Below, in pieces: positions 40,074 to 49,926 of a stretch of 64,000 nucleotides of DNA. The DNA is taken from NCBI GenBank assembly GCA_016705005.1, contig JADIZB010000001.1:156778-220777 (forward strand), written 5' to 3'. Each line of letters opens with the position of its first letter. Positions within the stretch are counted from its first letter, which is position 1. Source of the stretch: Bacteroidales bacterium (lineage in GTDB: Bacteria > Bacteroidota > Bacteroidia > Bacteroidales > Lentimicrobiaceae). The notes beneath the pieces are model-generated. The model saw only the letters and a list, made by a program, of their open reading frames with translations, was not told the DNA's origin and did no database searches. A program made the translations under genes and the position numbers.

Positions 40074-40655
40074 TTAATCCGTTTGTTTTCTAACCATCCC
40101 ATCCAGAATCCTGTATCTTTCATGGCTTTCGGGACAGACCGCAATACCGGCTTCATCAAAATTCAGCCGGTGACCAAATTCACTCATCCATCCGATCTGC
40201 CTGGCGGGATTGCCTACAACCAGTCCATAGGCCGGCACTGTGCGGGTAACGACAGCACCTGCTCCGATAAAGGCAAATTCACCGATATCATGCCCGCAAA
40301 CTATGGTTGCATTGGCTCCTATAGAAGCCCCCCTTCGCACAACCGTTCGAGAATACTGTCCCCTTCTGATTACGGCACTCCTGGGGTTCACCACATTGGT
40401 AAACACCATGGATGGACCGAGAAACACATCATCTTCACAGATAACGCCGGTATAGATAGAAACATTATTCTGAACCTTAACATTATTCCCGAGAACAACG
40501 TCTGGAGATACCACTACATTCTGTCCCAGATTGCAGTTTTCACCAAGTTTGCACCCCCTCATCAGATGGGAGAAGTGCCATATTTTACTTCCATTCCCGA
40601 TTTCACAACCTTCATCAATGATGGCTGTCTCGTGCACGAAGTATTCATTACTCAT
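40074..40655 (-). CDS. Hexapeptide N-acetyltransferase, WbpD/WlbB-like
   Basis: Start trimmed to ATG 40655; FVHETAIIDEG..IG.GSKIWHFSH, QNNVSIYTGV.CEDDVFLGPSMVFTNV.NPRS, VGNPARQIGW. Confidence 0.88.
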   Translation of the reverse strand: MSNEYFVHETAIIDEGCEIGNGSKIWHFSHLMRGCKLGENCNLGQNVVVSPDVVLGNNVKVQNNVSIYTGVICEDDVFLGPSMVFTNVVNPRSAVIRRGQYSRTVVRRGASIGANATIVCGHDIGEFAFIGAGAVVTRTVPAYGLVVGNPARQIGWMSEFGHRLNFDEAGIAVCPESHERYRILDGMVRKQTD

Positions 40656-40771
40656 AGTATCAGGTTTTATTAACATGCAATTCACCATCCGGCTCAGGTA
40701 CACCGGGATGTCAAATTGTTTGTCATGTTTATTATTAATATTCAAATATAATGTTTCGTCACTCCAATTAT

Positions 40772-40805
40772 AAAAAAAAGAGGCTGGAAATGAATCAGCC
40801 TCTTT
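40772..40805 (-). terminator. Intrinsic terminator/attenuator after the DegT gene
   Basis: Minus strand aaagaggctg-attcatttc-cagcctctttttttt. Confidence 0.75.
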
Positions 40806-40825
40806 ATTATAAGGATCATTTCAAA

Positions 40826-41956
40826 TTATGCATTTACGAATTCAAGCACAGATGAAGTTATGTGAATAAGCTGATCATGATCGAGTTCAGTGTGCATAGG
40901 AAGCGATATCACAGTCCTGCACAGATGTTCTGTTACCGGAAAATCTCCTTCCCGATATCTTGGATCAAGGTATGCCTTTTGCATATGCAGCGGAACCGGA
41001 TAATAGATCATTGCAGGAACATCTTTTGTGGCAAGAAATTCCTGAAGTGCATTTCGGTCAATGTCTTTCGTTACCAAAGTGTATTGATGGAAAACATGGT
41101 TCGATCTTTCGAACCGGGCCGGTATACTGAGCTTAGGATGATTTCTGAATGCGTTGTCATAAAAATCAGCAGCCCGGTTGCGGGCGGCTGCGTATTCATC
41201 AAGCTTCGCAAGTTTAACCTTAAGCACGGCAGCCTGAATGCTGTCGAGACGGCTATTGACCCCAATAAAATCATGATAATACCTGACAGTCATTCCATGA
41301 TTAACCACCACCCTGAGTTGTTTTGCCAGTTCATCATCGTTGGTAAAAATAGCACCACCGTCACCGTAACAACCCAGATTTTTACTTGGGAAAAATGATG
41401 TACATCCAACATGACCAATGGTTCCGGCTTTTTTGCGCGAACCGTCTTTAAAAATGTAATCAGCACCAATAGCCTGACAAGCATCCTCGATGATAAATAG
41501 ATTATTTGATGCCGCTATCTCCATCATCGCATCCATATCAGCACACTGACCAAACAGGTGTACCGGAACGATTGCCCTGGTTTTTGGCGTCAGCGCCCTG
41601 CGCACTGCTTCAGGATCAAGGTTGAAGGTATCAGGGTCAACATCCACAACCACAGGAACATATCCCAATAATGCAATGACTTCAGCTGTTGCAATGAATG
41701 TAAAGTTGGTTGTAATTACTTCATCTCCGGGCTTAATTCCAAGTGCCATCATAGCAACCTGAAGCGCATCGGTTCCGTTGGCACAGGGAATCACATGTCT
41801 GACACCCAGGTACTTTTCCAGGTCTTCCTGAAATCCTTTAACAGCGGGTCCGTTGATGAATGCTGTAGAATTAATAACATCACTGATGGCCTGATCAATT
41901 TCAGGCTTGATTTTTTCATATTGACGTTTCAGGTCAACCATTGCAATTTTATTCAT
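40826..41956 (-). CDS. DegT/DnrJ/EryC1/StrS PLP aminotransferase, WbpE-like
   Basis: ANGTDAL, FTFIAT, PVHLFGQ, IEDACQA, SFFPSKNLGCYGDGG, NSRLDSIQAAVL. Confidence 0.93.
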   Translation of the reverse strand: MNKIAMVDLKRQYEKIKPEIDQAISDVINSTAFINGPAVKGFQEDLEKYLGVRHVIPCANGTDALQVAMMALGIKPGDEVITTNFTFIATAEVIALLGYVPVVVDVDPDTFNLDPEAVRRALTPKTRAIVPVHLFGQCADMDAMMEIAASNNLFIIEDACQAIGADYIFKDGSRKKAGTIGHVGCTSFFPSKNLGCYGDGGAIFTNDDELAKQLRVVVNHGMTVRYYHDFIGVNSRLDSIQAAVLKVKLAKLDEYAAARNRAADFYDNAFRNHPKLSIPARFERSNHVFHQYTLVTKDIDRNALQEFLATKDVPAMIYYPVPLHMQKAYLDPRYREGDFPVTEHLCRTVISLPMHTELDHDQLIHITSSVLEFVNA

Positions 41957-42043
41957 CTGTAGCAGTTTTTAATGTCAATCTATTGATATAAAGCGTTTTA
42001 TCAGTTATTCTGTTTTTTGATTCACAATGCGGATCAGGGTGCG

Positions 42044-42051
42044 CAAAGATA
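42044..42051 (-). promoter_or_regulatory. -7 promoter box for the sugar-nucleotide operon
   Basis: tatctttg on the minus strand. Confidence 0.55.
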
Positions 42052-42168
42052 CAATTAATCGTTTTTACAGTATGAATTATTGCCCCCGATCCGAAAATTT
42101 AACAAATGTTTGAAAAATCCGGTGTCAAATACCGCTGAATGATCACATCACCCGACTGCATAATAACA

Positions 42169-42176
42169 TATCTTTG
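42169..42176 (+). promoter_or_regulatory. -7 promoter box for the OMP-waaA pair
   Basis: tatctttg. Confidence 0.55.
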
Positions 42177-42247
42177 CTTTAATTATAAAGGTTATAACAA
42201 TAATTACAGGTTAAAACCGGTTAAGGCTATTTCAGACACCCTTTTGT

Positions 42248-43006
42248 ATGAAAACCCGACTCAGACTTCTGATTTTACTGATGCTTCCTTTCACTATAGC
42301 TGAAGCACAAAAAAGCATTCAGGATTCCATAATTTCCACTAACCTTGTTTATGCAAGTTACACCCTTCAGTTCCCTGGTGGAGACATGGCTGAGCGTTTT
42401 GGAATTAATTCGGGCATCGGTCCGGGATATATGTTGAAAACCTCAAAAAACTGGGTATTTGGCTTTGAAGGAAGCTTCCTTTTTGGTAAACAGGTAAAAA
42501 ACACCCAAAACATCCTCAGCCTCATCGAAACTTCCGATGGAAACATCATTGATATGGAAGGCATTTATGCTGATTACAATTTCAATGAAAGGGGGTTTTC
42601 TGCAATTCTCCGGGTAGGTAAGCTTATACCTGTATGGGGGCCAAACCGGAACTCGGGCATACTGTTTACGCTGGGTGGAGGATACTTGCAACACAGGATC
42701 TACATTGAACACAAGGATAAAACAGCACCTGCCATTTCCGGTGAATACCTGAAAGGATATGATGAACTTAAAGACGGATTTGCATCCAATATTTTTCTAG
42801 GTTATCTTTATATGGGGAATAACAACAAGGTAAATTTCTTTGCCGGAATTGATGTCACTGCGGGTTTTACAAGCCATGTCAGACCTTATTCATTTAATAA
42901 CATGACATTCAATACCGGAAGTTATAACGACATACTTACGGGGATCAGGGTTGGCTGGATTATTCCCGTATTCAGCCGGGCACCAAAAGAATATTATTAC
43001 TATTGA
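42248..43006 (+). CDS. Hypothetical exported protein, probably an outer-membrane beta-barrel
   Basis: Signal peptide (AEA-Q); Gly/aromatic amphipathic strands; C-terminus GIRVGWIIPVF...EYYYY. Confidence 0.7.
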   Translation: MKTRLRLLILLMLPFTIAEAQKSIQDSIISTNLVYASYTLQFPGGDMAERFGINSGIGPGYMLKTSKNWVFGFEGSFLFGKQVKNTQNILSLIETSDGNIIDMEGIYADYNFNERGFSAILRVGKLIPVWGPNRNSGILFTLGGGYLQHRIYIEHKDKTAPAISGEYLKGYDELKDGFASNIFLGYLYMGNNNKVNFFAGIDVTAGFTSHVRPYSFNNMTFNTGSYNDILTGIRVGWIIPVFSRAPKEYYYY

Positions 43007-43053
43007 TTTTTTTAATAATTTCGAATCGCGAAACGACTTTCAAAACCCTTTGC

Positions 43054-44325
43054 ATGAGGTTTATTTATAGTACCGGTATTACTTTTTACTACCTGTTTCT
43101 TCGAATTGCCGGGGTATTTAGTACTAAAGCAAGGGCCTGGCATTATGGCCGGAAGGAATTATTCGATAAACTTGAAGAGGTCTTTACTGCTCATCATGCA
43201 AACAACCAACCCTCACCAGTTGCCTGGTTTCATTGTGCTTCACTCGGCGAATTTGAGCAGGGACGGCCGGTTATTGAAGCTTTCAGGAATAAATTTCCAG
43301 GTTATACCATCCTTTTAACATTTTTCTCGCCTTCAGGCTATGATCATAAAAAGCAGTATAAAGGCGCAGATCATGTTTTTTATCTTCCCATAGACACCAG
43401 GTTAAATGCCAGGAAGTTCATTGCAATTGTCAGGCCTCAATTCGCTATATTCGTTAAATATGAGTTCTGGTTTAATTATCTTTTTGAACTTTTCAAAAAC
43501 CATGTGCCGGTTTTTACTATTTCGGCCATCTTCAGGCCTAACCAGCATTTTTTTAAATGGTACGGCGGTTGGTTCAGGACGCATTTGAGGAGAATCAACC
43601 GGGTGTTCGTTCAGGATGAGGAATCTGCTGAACTTCTCCGGATGATTGATGTTGAAAATATTTGTATCAGCGGCGACACCCGTTTCGACAGGGTTAAGTC
43701 AATAAAAGCCATTCAACAGCCCTATCCACTCATCGACAGTTTTACCGGAGGGAAACACATCATAGTTGCCGGTAGTACGTGGCCTCCTGACAATGAACTA
43801 CTTCTGTCATTGTATGAAAGAACCGGTGACCAGCTTAAGTTTATCATTGCCCCACACGAGATGAATCTCGCATATATCCGTGAATTTGCAGGAAAACTGG
43901 GCGATAAAGCAGTTTTATACAGTGAGGCTCCGGGTTCCGACCTGAAAAAAAAGCAGTTTCTGATCATTGATTCCATCGGCATGCTTTCCCAACTCTACAG
44001 GTATGCCAGCATTGCTTATATTGGAGGTGGTTTCGGGGCAGGAATACACAACACGCTGGAAGCTGCCGCTTATGGAGTTCCGGTTTTTTTCGGTCCGAAT
44101 TATCTCAGGTTCAGGGAAGCCCGTGAAATGATTGATGCCGGTGTAGCCTTCAGTGTTCAGAATGTCAACGAATTGACTCTTGGGATTGTTGGTCTTCTCT
44201 CGAACCAGACCCACCTTGAAAATGTCTCACACAAGGCAGGTGAATATGTTTCCTCAAAAACCGGAGCAACTGATATCATCATTGAAGAACTCACCAATAT
44301 GATTGCTTCAGGGCAGGCCAGATAG
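43054..44325 (+). CDS. waaA: 3-deoxy-D-manno-octulosonic acid transferase
   Basis: Start trimmed to ATG 43054; WFHCASLGEFEQ, TFFSPSG, YLPID, KYEFW, GDTRFD, AGSTW, IDSIGMLS.LY, HNTLEAA. Confidence 0.95.
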   Translation: MRFIYSTGITFYYLFLRIAGVFSTKARAWHYGRKELFDKLEEVFTAHHANNQPSPVAWFHCASLGEFEQGRPVIEAFRNKFPGYTILLTFFSPSGYDHKKQYKGADHVFYLPIDTRLNARKFIAIVRPQFAIFVKYEFWFNYLFELFKNHVPVFTISAIFRPNQHFFKWYGGWFRTHLRRINRVFVQDEESAELLRMIDVENICISGDTRFDRVKSIKAIQQPYPLIDSFTGGKHIIVAGSTWPPDNELLLSLYERTGDQLKFIIAPHEMNLAYIREFAGKLGDKAVLYSEAPGSDLKKKQFLIIDSIGMLSQLYRYASIAYIGGGFGAGIHNTLEAAAYGVPVFFGPNYLRFREAREMIDAGVAFSVQNVNELTLGIVGLLSNQTHLENVSHKAGEYVSSKTGATDIIIEELTNMIASGQAR

Positions 44326-44326
44326 T

Positions 44327-44390
44327 CCTTCCATCCTACCATCCTTCCATCCTTCCATTTTTCCATCATTGCATCCATCAATCATTGCAT
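44327..44390. repeat. Degenerate 8-bp tandem repeat, 8 units
   Basis: ccttccat cctaccat ccttccat ccttccat ttttccat cattgcat ccatcaat cattgcat, between convergent genes. Confidence 0.8.
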
Positions 44391-44402
44391 CAACTCTGCT
44401 GT

Positions 44403-45278
44403 TCATTGACCATCCGGATGAATCAAAACTCTTTCCGCCTTTGCAGGATCATCAAGCTTAAAGATTACAAGTGACAGCTCAGGGCCATCATGAGCGGCAG
44501 AGAATGAAATTGTACGGCCGAACTGCTGCTTCCAATGCCCCGTAATTGCTGCTGATTCATGCACATGACCATGAAGTGTGATGTATGGTTGTTTCTCATC
44601 AATAAAACGTTGAATAGCTATGCTACCTACGTGCAGGTCGAGCGGCACGTGATCAACCATCATTCCATCAAGGGCGGCACGGTCAAGGTTTGACTGATAA
44701 GGGGGAGAATGAAACAGAAAAACTGCTTTCTCCATCGGAGCATCATTGGTAAGTAATTCCAGATCGGTCATGATACTTGAATAGGCAGTATCGTAATCGG
44801 GGAGTATACTTCTGTAACCCTCCTCAGGCGAAATACAACCAGGGTCAGTATAACGTGAAACATCGTATTTTTCCCAATCTTTCAACTGAAACGGAGTGGG
44901 TGGAACAAACGGATATCCGTAAATCATATAGGGCCCAAACTTAAACCTTGAATTGTTCAGGTATCTCCAGAGTTCCATGTTTTCACCAATTCGAAATTTC
45001 TCTTCTTCTGCCCGGTGGTCGTCATTACCCATAATCAGGAAAACTTCCGGGTAGTTGCAACCAAGATGCTTTTGTACCTTTCGGAACCCGGGGATCAAAT
45101 AATCCGAAACAAAATCATCGATTTGTTTGTCTTTCAGCCATGTTGATTTTCTGACATGCGGAAGCAGATCTCCCCCAAGAAATACGAAAGAAGGTTTCTT
45201 GTTGAGAATTTCCTTAAAAAGTGATTCATATCGGCTAACCTGCCCATGAAGGTCTGAAACGAAATAACTGGTTGTCAT
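44403..45278 (-). CDS. Calcineurin-like metallophosphoesterase (Icc-related)
   Basis: SDLHG, GGDLL, GNDD, FHSPPY, LHGHVHE. Confidence 0.9.
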   Translation of the reverse strand: MTTSYFVSDLHGQVSRYESLFKEILNKKPSFVFLGGDLLPHVRKSTWLKDKQIDDFVSDYLIPGFRKVQKHLGCNYPEVFLIMGNDDHRAEEEKFRIGENMELWRYLNNSRFKFGPYMIYGYPFVPPTPFQLKDWEKYDVSRYTDPGCISPEEGYRSILPDYDTAYSSIMTDLELLTNDAPMEKAVFLFHSPPYQSNLDRAALDGMMVDHVPLDLHVGSIAIQRFIDEKQPYITLHGHVHESAAITGHWKQQFGRTISFSAAHDGPELSLVIFKLDDPAKAERVLIHPDGQ

Positions 45279-45302
45279 AGTCTGATTTTGGTTAAGCCCT
45301 GA

Positions 45303-46136
45303 TTATCTGAGAAGCCTGGCTCCATCTGTAACTGAACCGATCATGACAGCAAAACTTGTTCTGGCCTCGATATCACTGTCAGTGATCAGATGCAGATCAA
45401 TCAATCCTTCTGATTGATATCCGGTTCGTTGAAAGTTTTCTTCTGCAAGGCACAAACTCCAACCTTCGATCCAGGATTTCAGGTTCTCAAGTTGATGTAT
45501 GCCTGACTGGTGGTGGATCATCAGGTCCAGATCGCTGGCCGGGCCGGCTGTTGCATTTTTGGTGCTGCCAATGAGGTAGATTGCTTTAACCCCAAACTTC
45601 GTCATATCCATCTTGCGGCAAATGTGCTCTGCCATTTTTAAACGCCATTTCCAGTGCTGGTCAGAATCTGTCTGCGACAGAACTTCCTCGTTACTGTTTG
45701 CTGACCCATTTCCTGCCCCAAGAGCTTTAAATGAATTTCTCAATCGTTGCTGAAACAGGTAATTGCCGACCCTGTCTGAAATGGTGTTGAGCAGTTTCTG
45801 CTCCTCGGGCAGAAACTGGCTGCCGTTAAACTCCCGGATCAATTGAAGATAAGTCACAGTAATTTCACCACTAACATTGTTATCAACTACAATATCGGCT
45901 TTCTGAATCCAGTCAGTCTCTCTGAAATCTTCGCTATGCCATTCTTTACCCTCGAAAGTTACCTTTATTTCACATATTGTGCTATACTGCCACCCATGAG
46001 GCATTAAAGTTATTAATTCCCTGAAGAGCCTGTCGTTTTCCAGATCATCAACTGAGAGCAATTCTTCAAGATTGTATAGCGTGTTTAGTTCCTTCTCACG
46101 CTCCTTTAATCTTTGAAGTACAATATTATTTATCAT
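45303..46136 (-). CDS. GAF-like domain plus Pol-beta-type nucleotidyltransferase domain protein
   Basis: Start trimmed to ATG 46136; LKEREKELNTLY...GWQY...FLPEEQKLLNTISDR N-terminal domain; IYLIGSTKNATAGPASDLDL (hGS..DxD) and a third Asp in LIDLH. Confidence 0.78.
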   Translation of the reverse strand: MINNIVLQRLKEREKELNTLYNLEELLSVDDLENDRLFRELITLMPHGWQYSTICEIKVTFEGKEWHSEDFRETDWIQKADIVVDNNVSGEITVTYLQLIREFNGSQFLPEEQKLLNTISDRVGNYLFQQRLRNSFKALGAGNGSANSNEEVLSQTDSDQHWKWRLKMAEHICRKMDMTKFGVKAIYLIGSTKNATAGPASDLDLMIHHQSGIHQLENLKSWIEGWSLCLAEENFQRTGYQSEGLIDLHLITDSDIEARTSFAVMIGSVTDGARLLR

Positions 46137-46266
46137 GATGCTGTTTCTATTCACTGACTGTGATGCCAGACGAACCACTTTCCGGGAGTAATAAGAACGG
46201 AAAAATGATAATAGGTACCAGAGTGATTGTTGATATCCAAACTTTCCTGCTAAATTAGCAAAATCT

Positions 46267-46274
46267 TATCTTTG
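46267..46274 (+). promoter_or_regulatory. -7 promoter box for pdxA-murF/alr
   Basis: tatctttg 21 bp above ATG 46295. Confidence 0.6.
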
Positions 46275-46294
46275 CCATTAAATAATCTCAAAGG

Positions 46295-47365
46295 ATGAAC
46301 AGAACAACCGATCACGATACAAGGCCGATAGTTGGTATCACACACGGTGATATCAATAGTATCAGCTACGAAATAATTATTAAGGCATTTGTTGATAACC
46401 GCATATTTGAACTACTTACCCCTGTGGTTTATGGTTCATCTAAAATTGCTTCATACCACCGTAAAACACTAAATGTAAGTGATTTCAGTTTTAATCTGAT
46501 CAAAAGAGCCGATACTGCAAACCCAAAACGTGCCAATATAATAAACATTCACGACCAGGAAGTCAAAATTGATCTTGGAAAATCAACAGGCATTGCAGGC
46601 GAACTTGCCTTACTTGCGCTTGAAGCCGCGACAGAAGACCTGAAAAAAAACTACCTTGATGTGCTGGTTACAGCCCCCATCAATAAAAAAAACATTCAGT
46701 CAAAAGATTTTCATTTTCCCGGTCATACCGAATACCTTGCCGACAAATTCGGAGTAACTGACTACCTCATGCTGATGGTCAGCAATAAACTCAGGATCGG
46801 TGTGATAACCGGGCATATTCCGTTAAAGGAGGTTCTGAACCAGCTGAATGAAGAACTTATTCTCAGGAAAATAAAGATATTGAACCAATCGTTGCTCCAG
46901 GATTTTGGCATCAGAAGTCCCAGAATTGCCATACTCGGACTAAATCCACATGCAGGTGATGAAGGCTTAATCGGACAGGAGGAGGCTCAGATCATTAAAC
47001 CTGCAATTGATAAAGCCAATGAACTTGGAATGAGAGTCTTTGGCCCATTCCCTGCCGATGGATTCTTTGGCTCTTCTACGTTCACACAATTTGATGGCAT
47101 CCTCGCCATGTACCACGATCAGGGGATGCTCCCATTTAAAGCCCTGGCCTTTGACTCAGGCGTCAATTTTACCGCAGGATTACCCATTGTCAGGACCTCT
47201 CCTGCCCATGGAACAGCCTATGAAATAGCCGGCAAGGACCTGGCTTCACCCGATTCTTTCAGAGCCGCGCTTTATCTTGCCTGTGATATATTTTACAATC
47301 GCCAGGAGTATAAAACTATGACTGAGAATCCACTGCAGGCTGCGAAACAGGAAGCCGAGCATTAA
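46295..47365 (+). CDS. pdxA: 4-hydroxythreonine-4-phosphate dehydrogenase
   Basis: GITHGDINSISYEII, VTAPINK, PGHTEY, LNPHAG, MYHDQG, NFTAGLPIVRTSPAHGTA. Confidence 0.96.
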   Translation: MNRTTDHDTRPIVGITHGDINSISYEIIIKAFVDNRIFELLTPVVYGSSKIASYHRKTLNVSDFSFNLIKRADTANPKRANIINIHDQEVKIDLGKSTGIAGELALLALEAATEDLKKNYLDVLVTAPINKKNIQSKDFHFPGHTEYLADKFGVTDYLMLMVSNKLRIGVITGHIPLKEVLNQLNEELILRKIKILNQSLLQDFGIRSPRIAILGLNPHAGDEGLIGQEEAQIIKPAIDKANELGMRVFGPFPADGFFGSSTFTQFDGILAMYHDQGMLPFKALAFDSGVNFTAGLPIVRTSPAHGTAYEIAGKDLASPDSFRAALYLACDIFYNRQEYKTMTENPLQAAKQEAEH

Positions 47366-47379
47366 TACATTCATAAAAC

Positions 47380-49860
47380 ATGCAACAGCAGGGGTATCCA
47401 CTTGAGGCAGTAGCCGCAATGGCCGGCGGATCGCTCATTGGCAACCCGGGCAATACTATGATTGTAGAACTGCTTACAGATAGCCGTAAGCTTTCCTCTC
47501 CTGACCAAACATTATTTTTTGCGATCGTCACTTCAAGGGACAACGGTCACAAATACATCGGCGAGCTTTATAAAAAAGGAATCCGTGCCTTCTGTATCTC
47601 GGAGCTTCCGGATCGGACATTGCCTGATACTGTATATATTCAGGTAAATAATACGCTCGAAGCACTTCAGAAACTTGCTGCCGCGCACCGCAGCGCATTC
47701 ATTTACCCGGTTATCGGAATCACCGGAAGTAATGGAAAGACCATTGTCAAAGAGTGGTTGCACCAACTCCTCTCTCCTGAAAAGACAATTGTCAGAAGTC
47801 CAAAGAGCTTTAATTCGCAGATCGGAGTACCCTTATCGGTTTGGCAAATGAAAGGTCTTCATAACCTCGGGCTTTTCGAAGCTGGTATTTCGCAATCCGG
47901 CGAAATGGACAACCTCGAAAAAATAATCAGACCAACCATTGGTGTTTTTACCAACATAGGACATGCTCATGATCAGTATTTCAGTTCAAAAGAAGAAAAG
48001 ACCCTCGAAAAGCTTAAACTTTTCAGGCATTCTGAACTTCTGATTTATTGTTCTGATCATCAACAGATAAACGAATGTATCGAAGAATCAGGGTATAGTA
48101 AATCAAAGCTGTTCAGTTGGGGATACAGGAACAATGCAGATTTGAGGATTACCTTAAAAACGGTGGAAAAGAACGGGACTATAATTCACGGTATTTTCCA
48201 TAATAAGGAACTTTCTATTGAAATCCCATTTACCGATGATGCTTCAGTAGAAAATGCCATTCATTGCTGGGCTGTCATGCTGTCGTTTGGCTATGGTCCT
48301 GATGTTACAGCCAGCCGCATGCATCGATTGACCAGGGTAGCGATGCGCCTGGAGATGAAAGAAGGCATCAACGGTTGTTCTGTTATAAACGATGCTTATA
48401 GTTCCGATCCCGATTCACTTGCCATTGCCCTTGATTTTTTGATGCAGCAGAATCAGCACAATAAAAGGTCAGTAATCCTTAGCGATATGTTACAGAGTTC
48501 GGCCGACGAAGCCGCGCTGTATCATAACATTGCCGCATTGCTTTCAGACAAAGGCGTGAACAGGTTGATCGGAATAGGTCCGGTGATTTCACGAAACAGC
48601 CGGTTCTTTAATATGGAATGCTCTTTCTATGAATCGACCCGGGCATTTATAACGTCATTCAGATCCGCATCATTCAGGAACGAGAGTATCCTTGTTAAAG
48701 GAGCACGTATCTTTGAATTTGAGAAAATCAATGATCTGCTCCAGCAGAAATCGCATGAAACTGTGCTTGAAGTCAACCTGAATGCATTGGTTCACAACCT
48801 GAATTACTATCGGTCACTCCTTCAACCAGGGACAAAACTAATGGCCATGGTTAAAGCCTTTTCATATGGCAGCGGGAGTTTTGAGATAGCGAATACACTT
48901 CAGTTTCACAGAGCAGATTACCTTGCAGTGGCATATGCCGACGAGGGAGTTGAGCTGCGGAAAGCCGGTATCAGTTTGCCGGTGATGGTAATGAATCCTG
49001 AAGAGAGCGGCATGGAAGCGATGCTTCAATATAATCTCGAACCTGAGATATACAGTTTCAGGACACTTCAGATGCTTGAAAAGGCTGTTAAATCTTATAA
49101 GTCAGACAATGACAGGCTGATTCCTATACATCTGAAGGTCGACACCGGAATGCACCGTCTTGGTTTTGAGCCAGCCGACATAGAGAGCCTGTGTGTTCGT
49201 ATCAAAGCAACACCGGGATTAACCGTTCAATCTGTTTTCTCGCATCTGGTCGGAAGTGACGACCCCTCATTGGATGAATTTACGAGACATCAGATCGGGA
49301 TGTTTGTTAAAATGGCTGAAAAGCTCGAGAAAATTCTCGGATATAAAGTTTTGTGGCACATTCTTAACTCTGCCGGGATATCAAGGTTTCCTGAAGCCAG
49401 GTTTGGGATGGTCAGGCTGGGCATTTCTCTGTATGGCATTGCTGCGAATGAAAAGGAGCAGAAAATGCTCGAAACAGTCACCAGTCTGAAAACCAACATA
49501 TCACAGATAAAAACCATTGAAGCCGGAGAAACCGTCGGTTACAACAGGGCATGGCAAGCACCTTTAACAACAACCATTGCCACCATTCCCATCGGTTATG
49601 CTGATGGATTAAACAGAAGGCTTGGAAACGGTAAAGGCAAAATGCTCGTAAACGGGCACCTCGTCCCTGTTGCCGGAAACATTTGCATGGATATGACCAT
49701 GCTTGACATCACCGGGATTGAAGCTACTGAAGGAGATGAAGTAACCGTATTCGGTGAAAAATTACCAATATCAGAATTGGCAGTTGCCATGGATACTATT
49801 CCCTACGAAATCCTCACAGGTATTTCGCGCAGGGTAAAACGGGTATACTTTCAGGAATAA
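47380..49860 (+). CDS. alr: Bifunctional UDP-N-acetylmuramoyl-tripeptide:D-Ala-D-Ala ligase / alanine racemase
   Basis: MurF part: GITGSNGKTIVKE, SFNSQIG, INDAYS; Alr part: AMVKAFSYGSG, HLKVDTGMHRLG, VRLGISLYG, GYADG, CMDM. Confidence 0.96.
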   Translation: MQQQGYPLEAVAAMAGGSLIGNPGNTMIVELLTDSRKLSSPDQTLFFAIVTSRDNGHKYIGELYKKGIRAFCISELPDRTLPDTVYIQVNNTLEALQKLAAAHRSAFIYPVIGITGSNGKTIVKEWLHQLLSPEKTIVRSPKSFNSQIGVPLSVWQMKGLHNLGLFEAGISQSGEMDNLEKIIRPTIGVFTNIGHAHDQYFSSKEEKTLEKLKLFRHSELLIYCSDHQQINECIEESGYSKSKLFSWGYRNNADLRITLKTVEKNGTIIHGIFHNKELSIEIPFTDDASVENAIHCWAVMLSFGYGPDVTASRMHRLTRVAMRLEMKEGINGCSVINDAYSSDPDSLAIALDFLMQQNQHNKRSVILSDMLQSSADEAALYHNIAALLSDKGVNRLIGIGPVISRNSRFFNMECSFYESTRAFITSFRSASFRNESILVKGARIFEFEKINDLLQQKSHETVLEVNLNALVHNLNYYRSLLQPGTKLMAMVKAFSYGSGSFEIANTLQFHRADYLAVAYADEGVELRKAGISLPVMVMNPEESGMEAMLQYNLEPEIYSFRTLQMLEKAVKSYKSDNDRLIPIHLKVDTGMHRLGFEPADIESLCVRIKATPGLTVQSVFSHLVGSDDPSLDEFTRHQIGMFVKMAEKLEKILGYKVLWHILNSAGISRFPEARFGMVRLGISLYGIAANEKEQKMLETVTSLKTNISQIKTIEAGETVGYNRAWQAPLTTTIATIPIGYADGLNRRLGNGKGKMLVNGHLVPVAGNICMDMTMLDITGIEATEGDEVTVFGEKLPISELAVAMDTIPYEILTGISRRVKRVYFQE

Positions 49861-49926
49861 ATTTCCACAGATGCTTATGTGTAAATGATTTCTCAATTTA
49901 TTTAACAGATACTACTGGAAGATTGC

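Noticed and set aside
47380-49860. MurF-Alr fusion as a novelty
   Set aside because: A well-known Bacteroidota fusion
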